Source: a virus (lineage: Duplodnaviria; Caudoviricetes). Taken from it: a stretch of DNA of 57,861 nucleotides. The notes under the pieces were generated by a model that was given only the letters and a program-made list of their open reading frames with translations, was not told where the DNA came from and did not search any database. The translations under genes were made by a program, and so were the position numbers. The stretch spans positions 1-57,861 of IMG/VR virus record IMGVR_UViG_3300048996_000092; one strand, given 5' to 3'. Numbering within the stretch: position 1 is the stretch's first letter; each line of letters starts with the position of its first letter. This document shows positions 18,275-29,651 of the stretch, one piece after another.

Positions 18275-20421
18275 TTCCAGGAATTGTCGCCAGCATCCGC
18301 ATCGTCATAGGCGGCGGTGGTCCAGGTCCAGACCCAGGAGACCTCTGGACGCCGGCTGATATCACTACACAGCTTTGGTTTGACGCCGCCGATACAGACA
18401 CCGTGACCATCTCCTCTGGCGTCTCGCAGTTGGAGGACAAGAGCGGGAACAACCGAGATGTCGCGCAGGCCACTGCGGCGAATCGGCCGACACATGGTGT
18501 TGTGACGCTGAACAGTCTGCCGGTTCTTCACTATGACGGCAGCAACGACAGCCTCGTTGGCGCAGCGAATCTAGCTGGACTCGGCCAGAACGTGCCGCGC
18601 ATTGCGTACTACGTCGTGCGGCGCTTCGGCGCCCTGGCGGGCAGCGCCTTTCCGGTTGTCTTCACGATTGGAGATGGCGACGCCGCAAATAATACCAATG
18701 CTCGCTTCGGTCACTACGCGTCCGAGGTGGACAACATAGAGCGCCCAACAGGGCAACGGACCGACGCGCAGGGTCTGGATAGTGAGGACGCAGGCGCGAT
18801 TGCCGGCAATACGTGGCAGCTCTTCGCCATTCACTCAGAGTATCTGAGTGCGCTCTGCAGAGCGTGGCGCGATGGAACATCGGTGCTCAATACGACGCAT
18901 CAGGATGCAGGAAACACTTCCAATACTGCGCCAAGTTCTATCGGCGTGGGCAGCTGGGTGGAAGGAAGTTTCAGCCTGGATGGCGACATCGCGGAAATCA
19001 TCGTCACGCACGCCATAGATGACCGGCTGAAAATCGAAGGGTATTTGGCGTGGAAGTGGGGCCTACAGGCAAACCTCCCCGCAGCTCATCCGTACAAAGC
19101 TGCGGCACCGCTGACTAGCGATGGCGGCGATCCGTTCTATGACGACGTCGTGTCGTTGCTCAAGTTCAACGCGAGCGGCACCACCTTCACGGATGAAAAG
19201 GGCGTCGCCTGGACTCCTGCAGGGAACGCAACCTGCGGCGCGGTCGCGCCGCAGTACGGAAGCGGCGCACTGGAGCTTGACGGAACGGGCGACTGGCTAA
19301 ACGCCACCGACGCTGTCTTCGTGCACAACACCCGCGACTTCACAATGGAGGCGTGGCATCGGATTGGGGCCACGCTCACCGGCAATCACTTCATTTTCTC
19401 GTATGCCGGCGGCTGGGGAGTGTATGCGCTCACATTCAATTTCGGATGGGCGTTATTCGATGGGGCAGCAAGCAACGTCATCGTCGGCGGTGGCGGCGAA
19501 GCAGTGCCATTGATTTACAAGCACATCGCTCTATGCAGGGCCGCCGGTATCTACCGGCTGTTCGTCGACGGCCTCTTAGTAGGCAGCCCCACGAGCGACG
19601 CAACAAACATCACAAGCAACGCGGTACGGATTGGCGCCCAGCCCGGCGGCACCGGCGGCTTCAATGGGCAGATTGACGAGTTCAGAATCACGCGACGCGC
19701 TCGGTATACAGAAGCTTTCACGCCGCCCGCCGCGCCCTTCGGAAGTTTCCGCACGGACCTGATTGATCCGCATTTCGCCAGCGTCGTGGCCCTACTGAAC
19801 TTTGAGGGCGCGAACGCGCAGACGTGGTTCCTGGATGAGCGCGGCAATCTCTGGACGCGCAGCGGCACTCCAACAATCAGCACCGCGCAAACGCCGGGCT
19901 TCGGTACGTCGTGCCTGGATGATCCATCCGCGCAGAACTATATCGTGACCGAGAGCCACGCGAACTTCGGCTACGGCACTGGCGACTTCACCATCGAGTT
20001 CTACGCGCGGCCGACGACGCTCGCTGGCGGGCCGCAAATCTGGTACGACCAGCGCACGGCGCTGAATCAACTCCGCCCGGCCCTATATCACGCAGGCTCC
20101 GGCGATCTACGCCTATACGTCGGCGGCTCTGACCGAATCGCCGCACCGACTGGAACTATCGTCGTCGATACATGGCACCACATCGCGCTTTGCCGCGCTT
20201 CAGGCAGCACGCGGCTCTTTGTAAATGGCGTGCAGGTCGGCTCTACGTTCGCCGATGCGACAGACTACGAAGCGAGCCGAGTCCTCTTAGGAAACGCGGG
20301 CGATCAAGACGCAAACGTCTTCGGCTTCACGGGGCAGTTCAAGTGCCTGCGTATCACGAAGGGTGTGGCCCGATATCCGACTAACTTCACGCCGCCATCG
20401 GCGCTCTTTCCGGTGTCCTGA
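18271..20421 (+). CDS. Receptor-binding/tail fibre protein with ConA/LamG-like domains
   Basis: LWFDAAD..EDKSGNNR..GDIAEII, plus two repeats of DPxxxxVVxLLxF..DFTxE..HIALCR..RLFV..RIT..ARY..FTPP. Confidence 0.8.
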   Translation: MIPGIVASIRIVIGGGGPGPDPGDLWTPADITTQLWFDAADTDTVTISSGVSQLEDKSGNNRDVAQATAANRPTHGVVTLNSLPVLHYDGSNDSLVGAANLAGLGQNVPRIAYYVVRRFGALAGSAFPVVFTIGDGDAANNTNARFGHYASEVDNIERPTGQRTDAQGLDSEDAGAIAGNTWQLFAIHSEYLSALCRAWRDGTSVLNTTHQDAGNTSNTAPSSIGVGSWVEGSFSLDGDIAEIIVTHAIDDRLKIEGYLAWKWGLQANLPAAHPYKAAAPLTSDGGDPFYDDVVSLLKFNASGTTFTDEKGVAWTPAGNATCGAVAPQYGSGALELDGTGDWLNATDAVFVHNTRDFTMEAWHRIGATLTGNHFIFSYAGGWGVYALTFNFGWALFDGAASNVIVGGGGEAVPLIYKHIALCRAAGIYRLFVDGLLVGSPTSDATNITSNAVRIGAQPGGTGGFNGQIDEFRITRRARYTEAFTPPAAPFGSFRTDLIDPHFASVVALLNFEGANAQTWFLDERGNLWTRSGTPTISTAQTPGFGTSCLDDPSAQNYIVTESHANFGYGTGDFTIEFYARPTTLAGGPQIWYDQRTALNQLRPALYHAGSGDLRLYVGGSDRIAAPTGTIVVDTWHHIALCRASGSTRLFVNGVQVGSTFADATDYEASRVLLGNAGDQDANVFGFTGQFKCLRITKGVARYPTNFTPPSALFPVS

Positions 20422-20423
20422 GT

Positions 20424-20756
20424 ATGAGCGAGAACGTCATCCTCTGGCTCTTCGGCATTCTGATTACTCTGCAGACCACTGTCCTGGGCGCCGTTATCGC
20501 GGCCATCTGGAGGCACGGCGACGATTGCCGCGATTTCCGTACTGGCCTAGCGACTGCCGTGGCCGACATCAAGGCAAAGCTTGAGAGGGTGGAGCGCGAC
20601 ATCGGCACGCACGAGACCGGGCTGCGGGGGCAGGTGCACAAGCTTGCGAGCGAGATAACGCCGCTAGCTGTTTGGGCACAGATGGAGCAGCGGTACAGCG
20701 AACGTCGCGAGCATCAGCGGCGCATTCAAGACGAAAGGGAAGATGATTCCCGCTGA
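20424..20756 (+). CDS. Putative holin-like single-TM protein
   Basis: N-terminal TM plus coiled coil; immediately before the endolysin. Confidence 0.5.
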   Translation: MSENVILWLFGILITLQTTVLGAVIAAIWRHGDDCRDFRTGLATAVADIKAKLERVERDIGTHETGLRGQVHKLASEITPLAVWAQMEQRYSERREHQRRIQDEREDDSR

Positions 20757-21261
20757 GCTGACTCAAATGATGCCGTTCGCCGCGGCTCGGGCAACAACGT
20801 ACGCGGCACCACTGACCAGCGCAATGCTGGAGTTCGATATCGACACCACCAAGCGGCAGGCCGCGTTTCTCGCCCAGGTGTGTCACGAGTCCGGATCACT
20901 TCGGTACGTCAAGGAGATCGCAGACGGCGCTGACTATGAAGGCCGCAGGGACTTGGGGAACGTCACTCCGGGAGACGGGCCCAGGTTCAAGGGCCGCGGG
21001 TTGTTGCAGATCACAGGTAGAGCGAACTACGCGAGCTGCGGCGCTGCTCTGCACCTGGACTTGATGGCTTCACCGGAAATCCTCGAGTTGCCTCAGAACG
21101 CCTGTCGATCGGCCGGGTGGTTCTGGGCGACACGTGCGCTCAACAAACACGCCGACGCAGATCATTTCGCCGCGCTCACCAAGGCCATCAACGGCGGCTA
21201 CAACGGCCTTGATGACCGAATACAACACTGGCTTCGAATTAGAGGAGTTCTGGGAATATGA
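20743..21261 (+). CDS. Endolysin, glycoside hydrolase family 19
   Basis: AAFLAQVCHESG, FKGRGLLQITGRANY, SAGWFW, INGGYNGLDDR. Confidence 0.93.
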   Translation: MIPAELTQMMPFAAARATTYAAPLTSAMLEFDIDTTKRQAAFLAQVCHESGSLRYVKEIADGADYEGRRDLGNVTPGDGPRFKGRGLLQITGRANYASCGAALHLDLMASPEILELPQNACRSAGWFWATRALNKHADADHFAALTKAINGGYNGLDDRIQHWLRIRGVLGI

Positions 21262-21602
21262 GCGATCCACAACCGCTGTTGCCGCCTATTCCCTGGTACG
21301 AATCCGAAGTGCAACTGCGCGCCGTGCTCGCAATGGCGGCGCAGCTGCTTTCAATACTGACGCGTATCGCAGATCACCTCGGGCTGCATGTTCAGTTTTC
21401 TGGCGCCGACATCGACGCCATCTTTGCTGACCTCACGCAGGGCGCGGCAATCTGGCTCGGCGCGCTCGCGATCATCAAGCGACAGAAGTCTCAAGTCGCG
21501 CCGCTGACCCTCACGGCTGGCGCCGCCGCTGTCCAGGTGGTGACGAACCCACCGCTGCTCGATGCCGATCCCACCAAGGTGCCAAAGGAGCCCAAGCCAT
21601 GA
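21258..21602 (+). CDS. Putative holin / membrane protein
   Basis: PWYES motif and two hydrophobic segments; follows the endolysin. Confidence 0.5.
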   Translation: MSDPQPLLPPIPWYESEVQLRAVLAMAAQLLSILTRIADHLGLHVQFSGADIDAIFADLTQGAAIWLGALAIIKRQKSQVAPLTLTAGAAAVQVVTNPPLLDADPTKVPKEPKP

Positions 21603-21994
21603 AGCTGAAACTATCAATCCTGCCCCTGCTGCTGATTCTCGCGGCGTGCGGTAGCAACCCATTCAAGACCGCACAAACCGTCGAGCAGCAAGGAGACGCG
21701 CTCTATGGCTCGTATGTGATCGCCAAGGACCAAGGGGCCTCGATCCTTAAAAACCCCGCCGTTGCTGACGACGTGAAGCGGCCGGTCGCCCAAGCCATGG
21801 TTGACAGCAAGCCAGTGGGCGACTCACTGCAGGATGCGCTCACTGCGTATTCCCAAGTAAGCGTGGAAGTTAAGCAGGGGACGACGCCGCAGGAGCGGCT
21901 TGAAATCGTCGAGCAGAATGTCGCGGACTGGATCGCCAGGGCGACACCGATCATCAACAAACTGATTGACACTGTCGGAGGGTTACTGAAATGA
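21599..21994 (+). CDS. Lipoprotein in lysis region
   Basis: Signal peptide with lipobox LAAC. Confidence 0.7.
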   Translation: MKLKLSILPLLLILAACGSNPFKTAQTVEQQGDALYGSYVIAKDQGASILKNPAVADDVKRPVAQAMVDSKPVGDSLQDALTAYSQVSVEVKQGTTPQERLEIVEQNVADWIARATPIINKLIDTVGGLLK

Positions 21995-22284
21995 ACACGC
22001 TGATGATCTACCTGAGCATCGCGCAATCCGTGGCCACCGCATTGCTGCAAGGCCGCGCCGATCCGAGCAAGGTGACGGAGTGGACTGGGTATCTGAGTTT
22101 GGCGACTGCGCTCGCGGGCGCGGTTACCAGCGGCAACCAAGACTTGGCGGAGTTGGATCGTCAGCTGACAGAAGCTGTGGCAGCAGACCGCGGACTGACG
22201 GTAGAGCAGCGAGCCGCGTGGCGTCTTCGCGATGATATCTCAACGGAAGTAGCGCGCACGTGGCTCGCGGAGCATCCCACCTAA
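21991..22284 (+). CDS. Hypothetical protein, end of late operon
   Basis: ATGA overlap; amphipathic helices. Confidence 0.6.
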   Translation: MNTLMIYLSIAQSVATALLQGRADPSKVTEWTGYLSLATALAGAVTSGNQDLAELDRQLTEAVAADRGLTVEQRAAWRLRDDISTEVARTWLAEHPT

Positions 22285-22291
22285 GGGCTCC

Positions 22292-22738
22292 TCAGGTGCT
22301 CATGCGAAGGGTGCAGTAGGCAACGCGCAGGCGCCGCAGGACCACAGGGTCCGACAGCTGTAGTCGCGCAGCGATTTGCCTGTAGGTAAGTCCGTCTGAA
22401 ACGTGCAGCATCAGGACTTCGCGCTGTTCAGGAGGCAAGCGCTGCGTCGCCGCGCGCAGCGCGCCTTCAGTTGCTTGTCGATCCGCGTCTGACATCTGTT
22501 TACCAGCGAGCGCTGGTGTCTCATCACAAACATCCATCGCGAGCCTGAATAGACGCCCCTGTGGGTCCTGCACGCCGTCGTCGTCGTTGATCTGGCTCAG
22601 TCGCGCGAACACTTCGGCGGCCAATCGTTCGGTCTCTGAATCGGGGAATTGCGCCTCCGTCTCTTCTGGCGTGACGTGTGGTGGAAATATTGGTTCAAAT
22701 ATTCTGGTCATCCATCTGGGCAGCTTGAGAGTTGTCAT
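22292..22738 (-). CDS. Sigma-70 region 4 (ECF-like) HTH protein
   Basis: LPPEQREVLMLHVSDGLTYRQIAARL..V..RLR. Confidence 0.75.
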   Translation of the reverse strand: MTTLKLPRWMTRIFEPIFPPHVTPEETEAQFPDSETERLAAEVFARLSQINDDDGVQDPQGRLFRLAMDVCDETPALAGKQMSDADRQATEGALRAATQRLPPEQREVLMLHVSDGLTYRQIAARLQLSDPVVLRRLRVAYCTLRMST

Positions 22739-22875
22739 GATTTTTCAAATGCCTCCGTGTGGTTGGGGCTTGCACCCATTGTCATTCTCAGCACGCGTAA
22801 ACCGGCCAGCAACTAGGTATAACGCACAATGCGCGTAACGTGCAATGCACGCAAAAGGATGTGTATGCTTCGCTC

Positions 22876-22998
22876 TGCTGTGCTCCGGTGTACCTGGATC
22901 GAATCTTTGGTTGCGGTGCGACTTTAGGAGGCACCAGACCACCTAGGGCAGTTAGGCAGACCGAGCCTAGATCGTAGAATGGGGGCCGGAGCACAGCA
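22876..22998 (+). ncRNA. Candidate structured RNA (13-bp closing stem with two internal hairpins)
   Basis: TGCTGTGCTCCGG (22876-22888) pairs with CCGGAGCACAGCA (22986-22998); intergenic; strand uncertain. Confidence 0.4.
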
Positions 22999-24157
22999 CT
23001 CCCTCTCGCCAATTTTCAATTCTGTCTTTCCGTCTCTAGCGCGTCGGCGTTCGCCGAGCGCCACCCGCGCTTTCGAAGGTATTGCGGCGCCACTGATTCA
23101 ATCTTTCCCGTCGGCATCAAGACTCGATACGTCTCCCGTTCCACTTGGTAGCCGCGAATAACCATGATCACGCGCGTCGCCAGCTCGTCCACAATCTCCA
23201 CTTCCCTGCCTTCAAATCTTCCGTAGGTCAGAAGAACAATCTCCCCAAGGCGGAAGCCGCGCTCACCATCCATATCCGTGCTCCTCAGTTTCTGACAACG
23301 ATCCATCTGCCATCACTTCACGCCAATACCAAAAATTACTCAGTCCGTGCGTGCCCCAATATTGGCCGCTGGTCACCTTCACCGTGCGTCCGTCAGGGTG
23401 CTGCACCACCTTGCCGATCGCCATCGAACCAGGCATCAGCTCTTCAGTGATGCGCCGCGCCTCTCGACGCATCCACTCCTCGTCCATCATGTCTTTCATT
23501 GTCATGGCCACACCACGTAGATGACTAACCCGTCCCCAGTCTCCGCGTCCTGCACATGCACTGCGTTAATGCGCGCAGCTCCTGAAATCAGGAATGCCAG
23601 GGACGTAGCGCCACCGGCGTGGGAACGCGCCAGCTCACGGATGTCGTCATTGTCGTATTTCGCCTTGAGGTGAATCGGGTCCGGGTCTTCGTTGCGCCAG
23701 ATGCGTACACGAAGGCCGTTGGCCACGAAGTCGGCGGTAGACTCAACGCACGGGAACGGCGGAACAGTCGAATCATTTGCCATGTTGCCTCCCCAGGCCG
23801 TACCCAAGAATTACCCCGAGACCACCAATGATAAATGCCATCACGAGCTGTGGACCTCCGTCGCTCGCCAGGATCGCGCACACGACAATGGCTATCAGGC
23901 AGCGCCAATCAGCTGTGCTCATCTTGCGCGTCCTCACTGTGGCGTCCGCCGCCAAGGCGTGAACTCCACGACAACGGTCTCGGCAATTCCGCCTAGGCGA
24001 GAAATAAACTCTTCCGCCTCACGTTTCTTGCGAAACCCCTTTGCCTTGTCCTTGTCATCCGTCCACGCCGCGTGCCCTTTGGGCATTTCGTCTTGAACGT
24101 ACAGCGTCACGGGCCAATCTTTCAGGCGAATCGTCCACCCGCGCCAATCGGTGCGCC

Positions 24158-24754
24158 TCATCTCAGCTGATCCTCTCGGCTGTCATACCAAGCGAGCCCA
24201 TCCCCATAGCCGGCAGCGTACGCGTCGGCCGGTGACAGTGTTGCCCACGATCCTGGGTGCGGTTGGGGCGTAGCCAACAGCGTATCGAACAACACCGGGC
24301 GCAAATCGTGATGCTCAACTGACACGCAAATGTAGCGCGGGTCTTTCATCTTGGCGCTGTGCATGTGTCCGTGAATGTTCCGCGCGTACCTGCGGAACTG
24401 ATCTGGATGAACCGGCACGTGAGTCAGAATGCAGTGGCGATATTCCGCAGCGCCGTAGATCCTGCTGAAATATTGCTGATACACCGCCATCGGATATTGG
24501 TCATGGTTGCCCATCACCAGCTTTTTGACCCCGTGCAGGTAGCCAAGGACTTCGTGCCGCGCGCTTCCGCCAAAGTACACGTCGCCCAAGTGCCATACGG
24601 TGTCATTGGGCTTGACGGTCGCGTTCCAGCGCTCCACCAGCTCCCGGTCATGCTCTTCGATTGTTAAGAACCGCTGCCGCGCCAGCTCCCACTTGATGAT
24701 TCCATTGTGGTGGAAGTGCGTATCAGCGGTTGCAAAGACGCGGTTACAGCTCAT
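24158..24754 (-). CDS. Calcineurin-like metallophosphoesterase
   Basis: ADTHF, HLGDV, GNHD, THVP, HGHMH. Confidence 0.9.
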   Translation of the reverse strand: MSCNRVFATADTHFHHNGIIKWELARQRFLTIEEHDRELVERWNATVKPNDTVWHLGDVYFGGSARHEVLGYLHGVKKLVMGNHDQYPMAVYQQYFSRIYGAAEYRHCILTHVPVHPDQFRRYARNIHGHMHSAKMKDPRYICVSVEHHDLRPVLFDTLLATPQPHPGSWATLSPADAYAAGYGDGLAWYDSREDQLR

Positions 24755-25398
24755 GGAAAGGTTGGGCGCTTGCCCAGGCAACGTACGACGATGCTGTATT
24801 TCCCGCGACTGCTGTCATCGTCAATCAGGCCGATGCCGCCGATGACAATGATGTTGCCATTGTTGTGCTCCACGTAGCGGCGCACCGCTCTGTACAACTG
24901 ACTCACGGGATCGCGGCCGGCAAGCAAGTCGCGTTTCCTGGACGATCTGCGCTTCGCCTTCATTGGTCTCTCCCGGCTGCCAAAGCCATCGCACAACCCT
25001 TGCACGTTCTTTGGTCAGGCTCAGCAAGCCGATGACAGAAATCGCACAGGACAATTCCCTTCGCGGTGGCGCGGCGCCAGCTCGCTGCTGCCTTGTATAG
25101 CGACCGTGCCGTGACGGGCGCGAACGGGAACGGCGTGCGGCCCCACAGAATGTGCTCGCACAGGTATCCGTCCGCACCTGGAATGGCCGCACGCACGATT
25201 TGCGCCGGGGTCATGGCGACTTCGAATGTTCGTTCCGCAACATGCCCAGCGCCAGCACGATGTTGAAACAGTCATCCAGACTGACCCCGGCGTACGCGGC
25301 CACGCCCTCGTAGAAAGCCAGCATTGGCACGGGCATTGTTACAACGATCTTGCTGCGCGCCTTCTTCTTTCGCTTGGCCATGGCTCTCTCCTTTCGTG

Positions 25399-25812
25399 TC
25401 ACCGCAGTCGTGGATGAAGGACGTTGCGCACTATGTCTAACTCATACAGCCGGACGTCCGCGCGCATCGCCATGTATGCAAGGAATCGTTCAAGCATATC
25501 CGCAGTGCCGTTGCCGCCGGGACAGCAAAGACCGAAATCCGGCTCAAGTTCCAGCATGGTGCCGTTACGCGTCTTGCCGGCGACTTTTACCTTGCCGAGT
25601 CCCCGGTAGTATTCCCACAGGGCATCACATGCCACGGGCTGAACGCCGTGGGCTCGCGCCCATTGGTCAGCGAGCGTGTCCGCGCCGCGGGCATTTCCGT
25701 GAAGCAGGTGCGTGAAACGATACATTCCATGCAGATGATCCAGCGCCCTGTTCAGTGCCATATGTGCAACAAACTCGCGGCCACCGAAAACGCAAATCAT
25801 CCGGCGCGTCAT
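25399..25812 (-). CDS. SLOG-family (DUF2493/YspA-like) protein
   Basis: VFGGREF, HGNARGADTLA, RNGTML, PGGNGTADM. Confidence 0.85.
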   Translation of the reverse strand: MTRRMICVFGGREFVAHMALNRALDHLHGMYRFTHLLHGNARGADTLADQWARAHGVQPVACDALWEYYRGLGKVKVAGKTRNGTMLELEPDFGLCCPGGNGTADMLERFLAYMAMRADVRLYELDIVRNVLHPRLR

Positions 25813-28633
25813 ACCCAGCATTCCACGATGCACGGATCGTCATCCGGGAACCGGCCGATATTTGCGCAGGCTCCAGCCTCGATCAGCTTTCGGCGCATCT
25901 CAGCCAGACTTTCTGCGGTCATGATCTGCGTCGTAGCAAATTCCCCGTACCACACGCGGCAGAGAATGACGACGTTGGGGAAGTCGCGCGGCCGGTCATA
26001 GACCACCCACATGGGCGGGAAGTGGTTCTGAGCTTCCTCAAGTGTCGTTGGCGCGTTCACCAGTCCTGGTCCGGCGCCCGGTCAATGAACAGTGGCGGCG
26101 CCTCAATATTGGGCCAGTGCACCTCCGCGAAAAACCGGAAGTCCCCGATTGTGCCGTCCGTGGTGAAGCGCATCGCCCATTCTTCAGTGAGCGGCCATTC
26201 GCCACGCATGGAGTTGTCTTCGCTGTAGATCAACAGGCGCGGCCCCACGGTCGAGAACAGGCTACGCTGAATCTTGACGATCATGGCGGCGGCTCCTTGG
26301 TTTGAATCACCTCGATAGTCCAGCCCCGTTCCGCGCAGAACGCTTTGATACGACGCACCGTCCAGCCCTTCATGTATTTGAGAATGGGCGCGCACAGTCC
26401 CTCACCAATGGCGGCGCAAAACAGTCGCCCGCCGTACGTTTTTCCGGTGATGCGGTAGAGGGTCAAGGCATTGCCTGGATGATCGCCAGGGTGCACGTCG
26501 CAGAACACGTGGCCGCGAACGGCTTGCCGATTTCCTTAGCCGCGACCTCTGCACCTGGGAGATACCAACACCACTGGTCGCACAGCGGGTTTGCGCACCA
26601 ACCCCAAATCCAATCCGGCGGAATATGCAGCCGATCGCGGCTCTCCGCTACTTCTTCCGCAGTCGGCGTAATTCGGTTACTGATCATTTCAACTCCTGGA
26701 GTCGCGCGATTTCCTCTGCACGCTCGTTTGCAAGGCCCTGCCAGAAGTTACGCGAATCCTCCATTGCCACGGCCCATTTCTTCAGATCCCTGACGAGGTC
26801 GGCCGCATCGTGATGACTCCATAACGTATCAGGCGGCGGGTCGCCCTTGACGGCATTGACTACATCCGTCAACACCTTGAACTGCCGCGCACACACGGTT
26901 CGGATGTTCTCGTAATCCTCAAGTGAGAACACCAACGCCGTCCATGTGTCCGCCATTGATATGGCGCGCGGCTGCTTACCCTGCCCATTGCTTTGACCAG
27001 TCGTCCAGTAGTCGCGAGCGCGGCGCGCGAACGACAGTTGGTCATGAAGCGTCACGTCGGTTGGTTTCATTGCTATGCCCTTCCATGGTGGTTGCTAGTG
27101 GGCGCTCTTCCGTATGGCTTCGATCATGTCGCCAGACGCGATATTGGCTGCCTGGGTTCGCGCGAGGGCGGGAATCGCTTCCTCCATAGTCTTAAACGGG
27201 GTCTGGCGGGTTTCATAGTGAAACTTCTCGCTAAGGCACACTCTGCACCGGCGGTTTTTTGGGTCCGCGGCAACCATGCTTTCGAAGCCAATGCGCGTGT
27301 CTTCTTCCGCCTTGGCCGGCGGCAGCACCGCGTCGTCAAACGCGGCCGCGATCATGCAGTGCCGTTGCTCGCAAAGGCATTGGCAAAGCCACACAGTCAC
27401 GACAGCGCTTCCTGTATCAGCGCACGCTCGGCGCCTTCGACGCGCGGTAGCAATGCCTGCAGCGCCTCCTCGTATCGCTCATACCGACCTTGCAAGTAAC
27501 CGGAGTTGAATGCCAACGTCGCGTCTAGTCGCGGCAAATGCATGATCGTGTGGCGCATGCGACCCAGGATTTTCTTGGCCTCGTATTCCCACTGGTCCAC
27601 CTGAGTTTCGAGGGCGACGATGCGCGCGCGGCGCTCGTTGGCGATTGCTTGCCAATCTGGGCTGGAGTTGTCGGTCATGGATCGAACACCTGGAGACGTT
27701 CGCGCACCGCGAGGTCATAGAACTGATCCTCGTTGAAAACCAAAGACGGTATAAACGGCGGCGAGTACCACAACTTGACGCCACACTGCGCGCACTTGAT
27801 GTTTCTTGCAGCGCCGCCGCGTGGACCGGGGTGAAATTCAAAACAGCCACAGAGTGGACACGAGCCGCGCTTGTTCAGAAAATCCGGAAAAGTTCTTATC
27901 CTGTACGTGTCCAACGCAGCTTGAGCCGCCTGTCTCTTGGTCAGCCCCGCTGGATCTTCCTCCGTCGAGCCTGGGATGTAGCAGTGGCACCGCCGCTCTT
28001 GGTGCGCAACAGATCCCAAGACAAGCCGGCACATGCATTCCCAATGAAGCGGGTCGCCGTTGGCCATGTACCGGATGGCGTCATCAGCCGCGATCAGTTC
28101 ATCGCAGCAAATGCACACTGGAATGGAAACTTTATCCAGCATCTGGCGTAACCAGTGCAACGTCTTCTGCCAGTACAAACCGCACAAGACGAATGGACTT
28201 GCCGGACCGCCGGGCCTGCAGGCGCAGTTGCTGAATGATGTCCTCCCGCTCGATCTTATCGCGGCGAACGGAGACCATTGGAATGCAGCCGGCGGGCACA
28301 ATGGCTTGCTTCAACCCGATTTCGCCGCTACCCAACTCGTCCTCACCAATCCACGCGTAAAGGTTCATCAGTTGCCTCCTGGGTTAGTCGACGCGCCAGC
28401 CCGCGTCCAGCATCTCGTTAACACTCTCGAAATTCTGCTTCGGTAGTGATCTCAGAACTTCTTCCCAGCCGCCGCCGCTCGGCAGTCGATAGGTATTGCA
28501 CAGGTAAACGGTGGTCATGCTGCTGACGTGAAGGAAGCCGCACTGCAAGTCGCGGCCAGTGCTGTTCTTCATAGGCAACAGCGGCCATCGCGGCCATGAT
28601 GCGGGGCGGCCAATGTCCTCTATTTCTTGCTCC

Positions 28634-28831
28634 CTAGTCACCGTCTTTGTCCTCCCACGCGGCCAAGTTCTCCACGGCGAATAGGCAGCGCTTTGCGATT
28701 CGCCGGTATAGCTCCGCGCGATCTGCCGGCGGAAACATTGTAGCCAGCACGTCGATAACTCCGACTGCCTGCGCCGACATCTGCTCGATGCGGGCGCCGC
28801 GCGTCGCTTCCTCCAGCTCAAGTAGGTTCAT
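28634..28831 (-). CDS. Hypothetical protein, paralog of 51099..51356
   Basis: PPADRAELYRRIAKRC vs PLSDQAELYTRMATRC. Confidence 0.6.
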   Translation of the reverse strand: MNLLELEEATRGARIEQMSAQAVGVIDVLATMFPPADRAELYRRIAKRCLFAVENLAAWEDKDGD

Positions 28832-29036
28832 GGCTGCCGCCCGAACAGGTGGACGACGAGAATCAACCATGGCAACGCAAGAGCCCAGTCAAAAAACGGC
28901 GGCAGCGGCACGTGAAACTTGTGCAGCACGGCGAGTAAAAAGATCATGGTGAAACCTCCAAGAGCCGCGCATGCCTGTATCCACGGCCGAATACGCGCAT
29001 CCGTTTTCCGCTCCCACTCTCTGAACTCGTCCTGAC

Positions 29037-29651
29037 TCATGTCAAACGCTGCTCCAGTTGTTCCAACCATTCGATCAGCTCCCGCACCGCTTCCTTGGCG
29101 CCTTCGCGATGGCGCGGCCGGAGTTGACGCGCCGCAGCCGCTACCTGGGTAGGTGTCTGATTGCGGCATGCGGCCCGCAACATGTGCGCGCACTTGGCAA
29201 AGTTTCGCCAATCCGCGTTGCGCTTGGTCATGACGTCAGCAACGGTCGTCGGGGCCAGCGGGCGCACAAGAATCTTGGCGAACTTGCTGTCCGCCATATC
29301 CGCCAGCTGGCAGGCCGCTGTTGCCTCGTGCTTCTTGAAGCCGTGTTCCATCATCAGGCTTGTCGGCCCAGGCAGACGGCCCCTGCTACTCTCGCCACCG
29401 GGGCGCAGCTCCGCCGCGATCACCCCCATGCGACGGAATGCATGCAGCTTGAGACGCTTGGCTTCGGTTAGCGCTTCATTCTGGCGATAGATGCGCGCCC
29501 ACGCGGCCAGGGCCTCGCCCCTGTTGTGCCACATACGCGCTTCATCAAAGGTCGTGCATGCCTGCAATGCTTTGACTGCATCGACATACACAACCGGCAC
29601 GGGTGGTCGCGGCGTCTTGCGCGTGACCGCCGTAGTCTTTTGGCTGAACAT
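29037..29651 (-). CDS. Helical phage protein, paralog of 38863..39540
   Basis: AVKALQACTTFDEA..EALAAWARIY..RLKLHAFRRMG. Confidence 0.75.
   Translation of the reverse strand: MFSQKTTAVTRKTPRPPVPVVYVDAVKALQACTTFDEARMWHNRGEALAAWARIYRQNEALTEAKRLKLHAFRRMGVIAAELRPGGESSRGRLPGPTSLMMEHGFKKHEATAACQLADMADSKFAKILVRPLAPTTVADVMTKRNADWRNFAKCAHMLRAACRNQTPTQVAAAARQLRPRHREGAKEAVRELIEWLEQLEQRLT

Noticed and set aside
22876-22998. Retron msr-msd bounded by a1/a2 repeats
   Set aside because: No reverse transcriptase gene in the window
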